A stretch of 64,000 nucleotides of DNA, taken from positions 101,308,001-101,372,000 of the forward strand of contig OZ024746.1 in the NCBI GenBank assembly GCA_964016885.1, given 5' to 3'. The DNA comes from Eledone cirrhosa. Its lineage: Eukaryota. Position numbers and translations under genes: made by a program. Of the stretch, positions 24,340-37,700 are shown piece by piece (within the stretch, counting starts at the first letter, position 1; each line of letters starts with the position of its first letter). The notes under the pieces were generated by a model, which worked only from the letters and a program-made list of their open reading frames with translations, made no database searches and was not told the origin of the DNA.

Positions 24340-24590
24340 ATATATATATATATAGTGGTAGAATACTGGAAGGTAATATCCGTAGTGGTAGAGCACTCAG
24401 TCCATGTTACCTCCCCTACACCTCTCGCACGCAATTTAGTATTGTCTGTGTGAAGTGACAGTTTCTGCGCATGCGCGTTCGTATGGTTGTCCTTCCTGTT
24501 CCGTATAACCATGTCCATTACGAGCTGAGGATCCGCTAAGGTGAAACAATTGTTCTTGGTATGGTGAAGTAACTGTTGTGTAACCACTTC
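24340..24590 (+). mobile_element. Penelope-like pLTR remnant
   Basis: (TA)n-flanked and contains a hammerhead motif. Confidence 0.55.
24521..24558 (+). ncRNA. 38-nt minimal hammerhead ribozyme with palindromic stem III
   Basis: CGAG CTGAGGA tCC gctaa GGt GAAA CAATTG TT CTTG. Confidence 0.7.
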
Positions 24591-25276
24591 TATATATATA
24601 TAGGAATAAGTCTGACCCCGACGGCAGAGCTCAAGCTGTTTCGACGGCTATTTCCAGAAATAGCCGTCGAAACGGCTTGAGCTCGGGGTCATATACTTGT
24701 TCCTATTACTCATTCTACTACCCTAAGTATTGAGTACTTTGGTGCGTTATGGTCCATCTGGTTCCTTACCACAATTCCTTTGTTATATATATATATATAC
24801 AAACAATAACATTTACATATATATATACACATACACACACACATATATATATATATGTATGTGTGTGTGTGCGTGCACATATATATATACTTAGATGTAT
24901 ATGTGATAATTATACAGCTTCAGTAAGATAACAATAGTTGGTATAAGAGGCCATTAGTACTAAGGGACATGTCAGGTAGAAGTGACACTTCTCTAGAGAA
25001 TTGGGCCAGAGTTACAGTAAAGATATTAAAGACTGCTAAAACTATTTTTATGTATGAAAATATCAGAAAATCTTCTCAAAATGTGTTGTGTTGTTGCTGT
25101 CTCTTCCACAGTATCACCTAGAGGTCTCTATTGTATGTTGAGAGAGAGAGAGGGGTAAAGAGAGGGAAGGAGATGTAGAGAGAGAGGGGTAAAGATAGGG
25201 AGAGAGAGGGAGGGAGAGAGAGTATGTGTGTGTTATGCTTTTAAGTTAAATTAGATAAATTTTGCGTATGATATAA

Positions 25277-25857
25277 GATGCGAATGAGGGTAACGCTGGT
25301 GAGGATCTGTAGGTAAGAGCTGGACAAGGTGGTGAGGATCTGTAGGTGAGAGCTGGACAAGGTGGTGATCATCTGTAGGTGAGAGCTGGACAAGGTGGTG
25401 AGGATCTGTAGGTCAGAGCTGGACAAAGAGATGAGGATCTGTAGGTCAGAGCTGGACAAGGTGGTGATCATCTGTAGGTAAGAGCTGGACAAAGAGATGA
25501 GGATCTGTAGGTCAGAGCTGGACAAGGTGGTGATCATCTGTAGGTAAGAGCTGGACAAGGTGGTGATCATCTGTAGGTCAGAGCTGGACAAAGAGATGAG
25601 GATCTGTAGGTCAGAGCTGGACAAGGTGGTGATCATCTGTAGGTAAGAGCTGGACAAGGTGGTGATCATCTGTAGGTCAGAGCTGGACAAAGAGATGAGG
25701 ATCTGTAGGTCAGAGCTGGACAAGGTGGTGATCATCTGTAGGTAAGAGCTGGACAAGGTGGTGATCATCTGTAGGTCAGAGCTGGACAAACAGATGAGGA
25801 TCTGTAGGTCAGAGCTGGACAAACAGATGAGGATCTGTAGGTGAGAGCTTGACAAAC
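25277..25857. repeat. 33-bp minisatellite with 99-bp higher-order period
   Basis: Unit GGTGGTGATCATCTGTAGGT(C/A)AGAGCTGGACAA. Confidence 0.95.
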
Positions 25858-26214
25858 CGATCAAAGTTATTCTAGCTATGTTCATCCATTGTTTTCTAGG
25901 TGACATTACTTAAGACAGATGACATCACTTATCTTCCTGGTAGGTAACTTCTCTCATCACTGATGAGACAAATCTTGGAATTCCAATAAAAATTAAGGAA
26001 ACAACTGTATGAAAAATTATTTTGAGGTGATGAAGATATATCAGCTTCAACCACACACAGACAAACACACTGTTCCACTACAGACACACTGTTCCAGGAC
26101 AATAAGTATGACATGCTGGTTGTAGTGAGCTACCAGATATCATCATTTTAAGGGTTGGATGGTTCTACATAGCCCAAGCAGTACTGAAGTCGGGCTACTG
26201 ATCACCCAGACAGG

Positions 26215-26455
26215 CCAGGGATCTGTGTCTTGCTTCTGTATGGTCTCACGTTCCACCCTCAGTTTTCTATGTCACTCATGCACACTAACATTACACATAC
26301 ATCAGAGTATACTCGACTCATTTCTTTCTAACCTCTGCAGGTCTTCTGCAGTCAAAGCCCATCTTTCACAGCCATGTAGCATAGCAGTTTGTACACAAGC
26401 ATCACACAGTCTATCTTTCACTCTGAGAGAAAAGCATTTTGTTGTTAGCAGTGAT
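26215..26455 (-). mobile_element. Decayed RTE LINE fragment
   Basis: Reverse complement resembles the FSLR.K.RL.DACV..AML.G.E.WA.TAED segment of the 55-58 kb LINE. Confidence 0.65.
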
Positions 26456-27313
26456 AATAGATCTATTTTGTTTTAATGGCTTTTTCTACCTTATCATTCC
26501 ACCACCGGGACCTTGCTCCAACCATAGACCTGGCTTCAGGGACTTTAATTGACAAGCTTAACATACAATAGTATGGTTTAGTTTAAGCATCTAGAAATAT
26601 TTTCATGCTCAAAATTTTATGATATATTTTGGAGAATTAATTAATTTGATTTAGAATACAAATATAATAGTAATAAGTTTTTATATATTGAGATCTGTCT
26701 TCCATGTCAGAATTGTTATTTGAAGCAGCCCGCCCTTGGTTTCAGATGACTAGATATAAACAAGTTTACCACAGTCTTAGCTGTGTAAAGAATCAGCAAC
26801 ATGTATTACAGGTTTTTAACAATTTTACAGTTCACAGCCCTGGACAACTATTTCATTATATCAACCCCTCAAAGACAAAATTAATCAAATACTACAAATT
26901 TCCTGACTAAGATAATATGGTGGCATTTGAGGGAGATTTAGTTGTTATTACTAGCATGCTGAATAACCATGTAGAGGCTCCTTTATTGGCTTGTGGTCCT
27001 TAATAATAATGATTACTGATGATCAGGATTATGTGAACACTTTATAGCAATCATGGATAAAAACAGATTCCTCTCAGGGTAGATGTACTTCACAGAGATA
27101 TTTAAAAGTTGAGTTATTTTTTAAAACTATTAGTTTGATTTGTTTATGAAAAAGCAGCCATAAGTAATGCCTGAATAGCTGGGAATATGAATATGATGTA
27201 CATGAAGTAAAACTAACCTATATATGATGTCTGCTTACTTCAACAAAACAGTCAGTACTATAGTCACATACTTTTGGACAATGTGTGTAGGATTTGATAA
27301 AGACAGTTAGTAC

Positions 27314-27570
27314 ATCATCATCATCATCACCGTTTTACGTCCATACTTTCACACTAGCATGGGTTGTCCTGTTGTGGGCAGTGTCCAGTCGGCTGACCTT
27401 GTCTTGCTCATACAGGAACTGATTTTGGCTTGATTTCTACAGCTGGATGCCCTTCCTAACACCAACTTCATTTACAGTGAGTACTGGGTGCTTTTTTACC
27501 ATGGCGCCTACACAACCACTTTACAGTGTGGGCTGGGTGCTATTTTACTGATTTTTTGTTGTGACACCTT
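27314..27570 (-). mobile_element. RTE-tailed repeat (3' UTR family of 44193-44622)
   Basis: (CAT)n tail, CTACAGCTGGATGCCCTTCCTAACACC motif. Confidence 0.8.
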
Positions 27571-28752
27571 AGTACAATATAAACTAAAATGAAAAATATA
27601 TTGAGGGAGAGAAAGAGTTATCTTCAGTGCTATATCTATATGGTCACTTATATTTTTCTAAATCTTACTTCTAAACATTGACCCGAATGTCCCAATTATG
27701 ACTTCCTTTCATCTCCTCCATTTGTAACTCACAATATTCCAGTCTCAGCAAGGCCTCTAACATTCCATCAACTGGGGTGTAACTCAGGTTTCACCAATGT
27801 CCCCCACATGGCACATGATACTATCCTTTATTGTTCCTTGACCTTCACATAATAGGCAGCCTAGACATCTCACATCAAACTTACATCACCTCCTCCAAAT
27901 GCACTAAAACACTACTTCTCTATGACCCTATTTATGAGGAACCAGCAAGAAGAGCTTTTACATGGTCTCTCAACCTCCTAGAAATAGAAGCTAATTATCC
28001 CTCCATTCAACTGATGAAGTAAGATATTTGATAATGTACTCTTTGATATACTGTATCTGAAAATAAGGAAAGATGTTGACACAAACTATTTGGTCATAAG
28101 TCAGCTTGTTTAGGGTTGCAATGGCATCTAAACAACAACAAAAACAACTGTAAACTCACTACTACAAATGGTTACCACATGGTTACCACATACCTATATT
28201 GTCCTTACCACATGGTTACCATATACCTATATTGTCCTTACCACATGGTTACCATATACCTATATTGTCCTTACCAAATACCTATAATATTATCAAACAG
28301 GAGCTGTCCTTGAAGTTTATATTTATCTTACAATATTTTTTCACCACATAAAAACATATTACTGAGGATTTTATTAAATTGAAAGAATAAAGTTGTTTAT
28401 TTGTTTCTCTCCGAATATAAAGAAGACTTTACCTGAGAAGTGTCAACTGTCTCAAGCAATTAACAATAGTTGTACTAATAATAGCCGGACAGAAAACAAA
28501 AGAAAAATTACTGAAATTAGTTAATGAGTGTCCTTCATAGACACCTGCCACTCTTTCAGATCAAACCTAACTGAAGAGACTTATGATGAAAGGCATTCCA
28601 ACCATGACCATGCTGAGATATCTAGAACTACATTATCTAATGTACACCCTGCTAGTTTTTTAAGAAGGCATTATTACCCTACATCATTTACAGTGAGATG
28701 GACTGAGCTGTTGACAGCTAAATGATAATGGCACCAGCAAATCATCGGAATG

Positions 28753-28857
28753 CAGTATTCCGATGATTTGATCAGAGATGCACACTGTATTTAAGCTCAT
28801 TCCGAGTGATCAGCGGCCTTTAGACTCACCTGATCAATGAAACAATTGTTAATACTG
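28753..28857 (+). ncRNA. Hammerhead motif (U4C) with long stem II insertion in a pLTR-like repeat
   Basis: CAGTATT CCGATGA tTTGATCAG [insert] CTGATCAAt GAAA CAATTG TT AATACTG; 3' half recurs at ~58270-58360. Confidence 0.6.
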
Positions 28858-29079
28858 TAAATAAAACCCTTTTTGTACAGCCAACCATGTTATTCTTCAC
28901 TCTTTCACTATTATTACTCCAAGAATCACCTGCATGGGAATTCTCGTAAACTCGGAAACTCGCTACCTAACTAAGGAAACCTCTTGTTGAGTCAAACAAC
29001 GCCATACGTTTAAACTATCCACAACACAGAGTACTCACAACCTCTAACTGGATTACTTTAAACAATAACTTGTTATCCC

Positions 29080-29240
<161 letters not shown>

Positions 29241-29629
29241 AGAACAGGTGTTGGGTAGTGAATATTGCTGAAAGTGGTAGTTGAGGAGGTAGAGGTGGGT
29301 GAAGGAGAGAAATAGAAGGGACTGGTGAACTAAAGGCTTTTCATATGGCTAACATTGTACAATTAATACAGGAGTGGGTGTGTGGAGAGAGAGAATGAGA
29401 GGGTGGAGAGCTTATTGTTGAGTAGATCCAACATTTTCTTGTAATTCAATCAAGAAACAAATAAGGAATATAAATACCTAAAATATTAATAGTTTTGGTG
29501 ACATTTTCAGAAGTACAGTTGATTAAATTCTTATTTAAAGAGGCTTTTTTTAATTGTAATTTCCCAACTACCACATCTATTATTGTGATATTACTAATAT
29601 TTAGCCACAGACCTCAATCAAATACAACG

Positions 29630-30433
29630 ATTCATTGTATGTTAGCCATGAACACCTCACAACTTATTCATTGTATGTTAGCCATGAACACCTCACAACT
29701 TATTCATTGTATGTTAGCCATGAACACCTCACAACTTATTCATTGTATGTTAGCCATGAACACCTCACAACTTATTCATTGTATGTTAGCCATGAACACC
29801 TCACAACTTATTCATTGTATGTTAGCCATGAACACCTCACAACTTTACAACTTATTCATTGTATGTTAGCCATGAACACCTCACAACTTATTCATTGTAT
29901 GTTAGCCATGAACACCTCACAACTTATTCATTGTATGTTAGCCATGAACACCTCACAACTTTACAACTTATTCATTGTATGTTAGCCATGAACACCTCAC
30001 AACTTATTCATTGTATGTTAGCCATGAACACCTCACAACTTATTCATTGTATGTTAGCCATGAACACCTCACAACTTATTCATTGTATGTTAGCCATGAA
30101 CACCTCACAACTTATTCATTGTATGTTAGCCATGAACACCTCACAACTTTACAACTTATTCATTGTATGTTAGCCATGAACACCTCACAACTTATTCATT
30201 GTATGTTAGCCATGAACACCTCACAACTTATTCATTGTATGTTAGCCATGAACACCTCACAACTTATTCATTGTATGTTAGCCATGAACACCTCACAACT
30301 TATTCATTGTATGTTAGCCATGAACACCTCACAACTTATTCATTGTATGTTAGCCATGAACACCTCACAACTTATTCATTGTATGTTAGCCATGAACACC
30401 TCACAACTTATTCATTGTATGTTAGCCATGAAC
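29630..30433. repeat. 36-bp minisatellite, ~22 near-identical copies; three units carry an 8-bp insertion
   Basis: Unit ATTCATTGTATGTTAGCCATGAACACCTCACAACTT. Confidence 0.97.
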
Positions 30434-30660
30434 AGCCTATCTTTTTTCAAGTAGTATATCTAGGATCATATTATTGAATATTTTTTTCCTTTCTTTATGG
30501 TTTGAAGGAACATTTGGCTGCTATTTCTAGCAGGTTAAACAAACAGTAGCTTATCTCAGCTTGCAATCCCAGTTATCACCTACAGTTTCAATATTATAAA
30601 TTAGAACATTAATGAAATTAAGAGAATTGACACCAAAATCAGGGAATTTTTTATCTGTAA

Positions 30661-31563
30661 CTAGCATTAAAGCCCGGCGTTGCTCGGGGTCATTAAGTTA
30701 CCAAAGTTAGGTTGCACCACCAATTTTATGGCAGCACTTTTTTGTCTGCCAGGCACTGGGTGAATGAATTGCAGACCTGGAAGCAGGAGCTGCGCCAGCA
30801 GTGACAATTGTAGTTTCGCCTACGGATATTATCTCTGTGCAAAAAAGTGTTGAAATTTATTGTTTCACAGTACTTGCGCAACACGCGCGTAGACGATGCA
30901 AGCCGAACAACAGAGCTGCGATGGAGTTGTTCTGCATGGTTGTCTGTGTGTTTTCTAAATTTAAGACAGTAGGGAGGGGTGTGATATGAGGGAGAGTTAG
31001 CTGTTGTTTCTAGCAGGTTTAGTGACCTCATAGAGTATATGTGTTTTCTAAATTTAAGACAGTAGGGAGTGGTGTGATATGGGGGAGAGTTAGCTGCTGT
31101 TTCTAGCAGGTTTAGTGACCTCATAGAGGATATTATTGTTTATCATTATCTATAAAAGGCAGATTGTTGTTGTTGTTGTTGAAGTGAGTGTGTGTTTGTA
31201 TGCGTTTGGAAAAGAGGTTTTAAAAAAGATTTATCGCTTGTTGTTGAATAAATGTATCTGTTGCTTTTCGGACAGTATCACCATCAAGCTTGGAAAGAGA
31301 AAGTAGCAGAAAGTATGAAGTTGTATAGATTTTGAATGGTAGTGGAAAGAGTTTAACAGTTTAAATGACAGAGAAAAATCGTAAAATATTGAGTTTTATC
31401 TATTTTTTGCGTAATTGTGGGTGAAATTGAAAAAATGAGATGTGCCAAGACGCAATCGAAACTATTTCGAATACTGAATTGTAAATTTCAATTGAAGAAA
31501 TTCTATATCGTAGATTTCTATAAGAAAGGAGCATGACCACACACTGAGCTTTATAGATTATGA
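30661..31563 (-). mobile_element. Non-autonomous Helitron
   Basis: Minus strand starts TC(ATAATCTATAAA), ends hairpin CCCGAGCAACGCCGGG + CTAG, between A and T; internal ~90-bp tandem duplication. Confidence 0.65.
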
Positions 31564-31564
31564 T

Positions 31565-31790
31565 AGAACATATCACCCAACAGAAGATGTGGATCACCTC
31601 TGTCTCCCTAGACAAAATGAGAGGAATGCTCCAGCCCAAGCTGTCATACAAGATATCGACTATTGGACTGAATCAGTACCTTAAAACCACAGATGACAGG
31701 ATGATGAAAATGGTTGCAGATCATGAAAGGAGGAAGAGGTTACATTCAGTCACAAAGGAAAGTAGGGAGTTTGCTGAAGAACTGCTTCTA
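31565..31790 (+). mobile_element. R4/Dong-like LINE internal fragment running into the satellite
   Basis: DVDHL.LPR.. and LSYKISTIGLNQYL..DDRMMKMV..HE..KRLHSV.KE..F. Confidence 0.55.
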
Positions 31791-34700
31791 ACACTAGAGA
31801 TGTATTACAGTGAACTGGGGTAACACCCCTTATCTCAGCTTCTAACACTGGAGATGTATTACAGTGAACTGAGGTAACACCCCTTATCTCAGCTTCTAAC
31901 ACTAGAGATGTATTACAGTGAACTGAGGTAACACTCCTTATCTCAGCTTCTAACACTAGAGATGTATTACAGTGAACTGAGGTAACACCCCTTATCTCAG
32001 CTTCTAACACTAGAGATGTATTACAGTGAACTGAGGTAACACCCCTTATCTCAGCTTCTAACACTGGAGATGTATTACAGTGAACTGAGGTAACACTCCT
32101 TATCTCAGCTTCTAACACTAGAGATGTATTACAGTGAACTGAGGTAACACCCCTTATCACAGCTCCTAACACTAAAGATGTATTACAGTGAACTGAGGTA
32201 ACACCCCTTATCTCAGCTTCTAACACTAGAGATGTATTACAGTGTTAGCTGTTCACTACCAGTGAACTGGGGTAACACCCCTTATCTCAGCTTCTAACAC
32301 TAGAGATGTATTACAGTGTTAGCTGTTCACTACCAGTGAACTGGGGTAACACCCCTTATCTCAGCTTTTAACACTAGAGATGTATTACAGTGAACTGAGG
32401 TAACACCCCTTATCTCAGCTTCTAACACTAGAGATGTATTACAGTGAACTGAGGTAACACCCCTTATCTCAGCTTCTAACACTAGAGATGTATTACAGTG
32501 AACTGGGGTAACACCACTTATCTCAGCTTCTAACACTGGAGATGTATTACAGTGAACTGGGGTAACACCACTTATCTCAGCTTCTAACACTAGAGATGTA
32601 TTACAGTGAACTGAAGTAACACCCCTTATCTCAGCTTCTAACACTGGAGATGTATTACAGTGAACTGAGGTAACACCCCTTATCACAGCTTCTAACACTA
32701 GAGATGTATTACAGTGGACTGGGGTAACACCCCTTATCTCAGCTTCTAACACTGGAGATGTATTACAGTGAACTGAGGTAACACCCCTTATCACAGCTTC
32801 TAACACTAGAGATGTATTACAGTGGACTGGGGTAACACCCCTTATCTCAGCTTCTAACACTAGAGATGTATTACAGTGGACTGAGATAACACCCCTTATC
32901 ACAGCTTCTAACACTGGAGATGTATTACAGTGAACTGAGGTAACACCCCTTATCACAGCTTCTAACACTAGAGATGTATTACAGTGGACTGGGGTAGCAC
33001 CCCTTATCTCAGCTTCTAACACTAGAGATGTATTACAGTGAACTGAGATAACACCCCTTATCTCAGCTTCTAACACTAGAGATGTATTACAGTGAACTGA
33101 GGTAACACCCCTTATCACAGCTTCTAACACTAGAGATGTATTACAGTGAACTGGGGTAACAGCCCTTATCTCAGCTTCTAACACTGGAGATGTATTACAG
33201 TGAACTGAGGTAACACCCCTTATCTCAGCTTCTAACACTAGAGATGTATTACAGTGGACTGGGGTAACACCCCTTATCTCAGCTTCTAACACTGGAGATG
33301 TATTACAGTGAACTGAGGTAACACCCCTTATCACAGCTTCTAACACTGGAGATGTATTACAGTGAACTGAGGTAACACCCCTTATCACAGCTTCTAACAC
33401 TAGAGATGTATTACAGTGGAATGGGGTAACACCCCTTATCTCAGCTTCTAACACTAGAGATGTATTACAGTGAACTGAGGTAACAGCCCTTATCTCAGCT
33501 TCTAACACTGGAGATGTATTACAGTGAACTGAGGTAACACCCCTTATCTCAGCTTCTAACACTAGAGATGTATTACAGTGAACTGAGGTAACACCCCTTA
33601 TCTCAGCTTCTAACACTGGAGATGTATTACAGTGAACTGAGGTAACACCCCTTATCACAGCTTCTAACACTAGAGATGTATTACAGTGAACTGGGGTAAC
33701 ACCACTTATCTCAGCTTCTAACACTAGAGATGTATTACAGTGGACTGAAGTAACACCCCTTATCTCAGCTTCTAACACTAGAGATGTATTACAGTGGACT
33801 GGGGTAACACCTCTTATCACAGCTTCTAACACTAGAGATGTATTACAGTGGACTGAGATAACACCCCTTATCACAGCTTCTAACACTGGAGATGTATTAC
33901 AGTGAACTGAGGTAACACCCCTTATCACAGCTTCTAACACTAGAGATGTATTACAGTGGACTGGGGTAACACCCCTTATCTCAGCTTCTAACACTGGAGA
34001 TGTATTACAGTGAACTGAGGTAACACCCCTTATCACAGCTTCTAGCACTGGAGATGTATTACAGTGGACTGGGGTAACACCCCTTATCTCAGCTTCTAAC
34101 ACTGGAGATGTATTACAGTGGACTGGGGTAGCACCCCTTATCTCAGCTTCTAACACTGGAGATGTATTACAGTGAATTGAGGTAACACCCCTTATCACAG
34201 CTTCTAACACTAGAGATGTATTACAGTGGACTGGGGTAACACCCCTTATCTCAGCTTCTAACACTGGAGATGTATTACAGTGGACTGGGGTAGCACCCCT
34301 TATCTCAGCTTCTAACACTAGAGATGTATTACAGTGAACTGAGATAACACCCCTTATCTCAGCTTCTAACACTAGAGATGTATTACAGTGAACTGAGGTA
34401 ACACCCCTTATCACAGCTTCTAACACTAGAGATGTATTACAGTGGACTGGGGTAACACCCCTTATCTCAGCTTCTAACACTGGAGATGTATTACAGTGGA
34501 CTGGGGTAACACTCCTTATCTCAGCTTCTAACACTAGAGATGTATTACAGTGAACTGAGGTAACACCCCTTATCTCAGCTTCTAACACTAGAGATGTATT
34601 ACAGTGGACTGGGGTAACACCCCTTATCTCAGCTTCTAACACTAGAGATGTATTACAGTGAACTGAGGTAACACCCCTTATCACAGCTTCTAACACTAGA

Positions 34701-37700
34701 GATGTATTACAGTGGACTGGGGTAACACCCCTTATCTCAGCTTCTAACATTGGAGATGTATTACAGTGAACTGAGGTAACACCCCTTATCACAGCTTCTA
34801 GCACTGGAGATGTATTACAGTGAACTGAGGTAACACTCCTTATCACAGCTTCTAACACTGGAGATGTATTACAGTGGACTGGGGTAACACCCCTTATCTC
34901 AGCTTCTAACACTAGAGATGTATTACAGTGAACTGAGGTAACACCCCTTATCTCAGCTTCTAACACTAGAGATGTATTACAGTGAACTGAGATAACACCC
35001 CTTATCACAGCTTCTAACACTAGAGATGTATTACAGTGAACTGGGGTAACACCCCTTATCTCAGCTTCTAACACTAGAGATGTATTACAGTGAACTGAGA
35101 TAACACCCCTTATCACAGCTTCTAACACTAGAGATGTATTACAGTGGACTGGGGTAACACCCCTTATCTCAGCTTCTAACACTAGAGATGTATTACAGTG
35201 AACTGAGGTAACACCCCTTATCTCAGCTTCTAACACTAGAGATGTATTACAGTGGACTGGGGTAGCACCCCTTATCTCAGCTTCTAACACTAGAGATGTA
35301 TTACAGTGAACTGAGATAACACCCCTTATCTCAGCTTCTAACACTAGAGATGTATTACAGTGAACTGAGGTAACACCCCTTATCTCAGCTTCTAACACTG
35401 GAGATGTATTACAGTGAACTGAGGTAACACCCCTTATCTCAGCTTCTAACACTAGAGATGTATTACAGTGAACTGAGGTAACACCCCTTATCTCAGCTTC
35501 TAACACTGGAGATGTATTACAGTGAACTGAGGTAACACCCCTTATCTCAGCTTCTAACACTGGAGATGTATTACAGTGAACTGAGATAACACCCCTTATC
35601 TCAGCTTCTAACACTAGAGATGTATTACAGTGAACTGAGGTAACACCCCTTATCTCAGCTTCTAACACTGGAGATGTATTACAGTGAACTGAGGTAACAC
35701 CCCTTATCTCAGCTTCTAACACTGGAGATGTATTACAGTGAACTGAGGTAACACCCCTTATCTCAGCTTCTAACACTAGAGATGTATTACAGTGAACTGA
35801 GATAACACCCCTTATCACAGCTTCTAACACTAGAGATGTATTACAGTGAACTGGGGTAACACCCCTTATCTCAGCTTCTAACACTAGAGATGTATTACAG
35901 TGAACTGAGATAACACCCCTTATCACAGCTTCTAACACTAGAGATGTATTACAGTGGACTGGGGTAACACCCCTTATCTCAGCTTCTAACACTAGAGATG
36001 TATTACAGTGAACTGAGGTAACACCCCTTATCTCAGCTTCTAACACTAGAGATGTATTACAGTGGACTGGGGTAGCACCCCTTATCTCAGCTTCTAACAC
36101 TAGAGATGTATTACAGTGAACTGAGATAACACCCCTTATCTCAGCTTCTGACACTAGAGATGTATTACAGTGAACTGAGGTAACACCCCTTATCTCAGCT
36201 TCTAACACTGGAGATGTATTACAGTGAACTGAGGTAACACCCCTTATCTCAGCTTCTAACACTAGAGATGTATTACAGTGAACTGAGGTAACACCTCTTA
36301 TCTCAGCTTCTAACACTAGAGATGTATTACAGTGAACTGAGGTAACACCCCTTATCACAGCTTCTAACACTAGAGATGTATTACAGTGGACTGGGGTAAC
36401 ACCCCTTATCTCAGCTTCTAACACTGGAGATGTATTACAGTGGACTGGGGTAACACTCCTTATCTCAGCTTCTAACACTAGAGATGTATTACAGTGAACT
36501 GGGGTAGCACCCCTTATCTCAGCTTCTAACACTAGAGATGTATTACAGTGAACTGAGGTAACACTCCTTATCTCAGCTTCTAACACTGGAGATGTATTAC
36601 AGTGGACTGGGGTAACACCCCTTATCTCAGCTTCTAACACTGGAGATGTATTACAGTGAACTGAGGTAACACCCCTTATCACAGCTTCTAACACTGGAGA
36701 TGTATTACAGTGAACTGAGGTAACACCCCTTATCACAGCTTCTAACACTAGAGATGTATTACAGTGGAATGGGGTAACACCCCTTATCTCAGCTTCTAAC
36801 ACTAGAGATGTATTACAGTGAACTGAGGTAACAGCCCTTATCTCAGCTTCTAACACTGGAGATGTATTACAGTGAACTGAGGTAACACCCCTTATCTCAG
36901 CTTCTAACACTAGAGATGTATTACAGTGAACTGAGGTAACACCCCTTATCTCAGCTTCTAACACTGGAGATGTATTACAGTGAACTGAGGTAACACCCCT
37001 TATCACAGCTTCTAACACTAGAGATGTATTACAGTGAACTGGGGTAACACCACTTATCTCAGCTTCTAACACTAGAGATGTATTACAGTGGACTGAAGTA
37101 ACACCCCTTATCTCAGCTTCTAACACTAGAGATGTATTACAGTGGACTGGGGTAACACCCCTTATCACAGCTTCTAACACTAGAGATGTATTACAGTGGA
37201 CTGAGATAACACCCCTTATCACAGCTTCTAACACTGGAGATGTATTACAGTGAACTGAGGTAACACCCCTTATCACAGCTTCTAACACTAGAGATGTATT
37301 ACAGTGGACTGGGGTAACACCCCTTATCTCAGCTTCTAACACTGGAGATGTATTACAGTGAACTGAGGTAACACCCCTTATCACAGCTTCTAGCACTGGA
37401 GATGTATTACAGTGGACTGGGGTAACACCCCTTATCTCAGCTTCTAACACTGGAGATGTATTACAGTGGACTGGGGTAGCACCCCTTATCTCAGCTTCTA
37501 ACACTGGAGATGTATTACAGTGAATTGAGGTAACACCCCTTATCACAGCTTCTAACACTAGAGATGTATTACAGTGGACTGGGGTAACACCCCTTATCTC
37601 AGCTTCTAACACTGGAGATGTATTACAGTGGACTGGGGTAGCACCCCTTATCTCAGCTTCTAACACTAGAGATGTATTACAGTGAACTGAGATAACACCC

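Noticed and set aside
25277-25857. Repeated AG|GTAAG as recursive splice sites
   Set aside because: On the strand opposite the host exon and lacking polypyrimidine tracts
28433-28510. Minus-strand exon ending CAG|GTAAAG
   Set aside because: Ambiguous acceptor and unconvincing peptide
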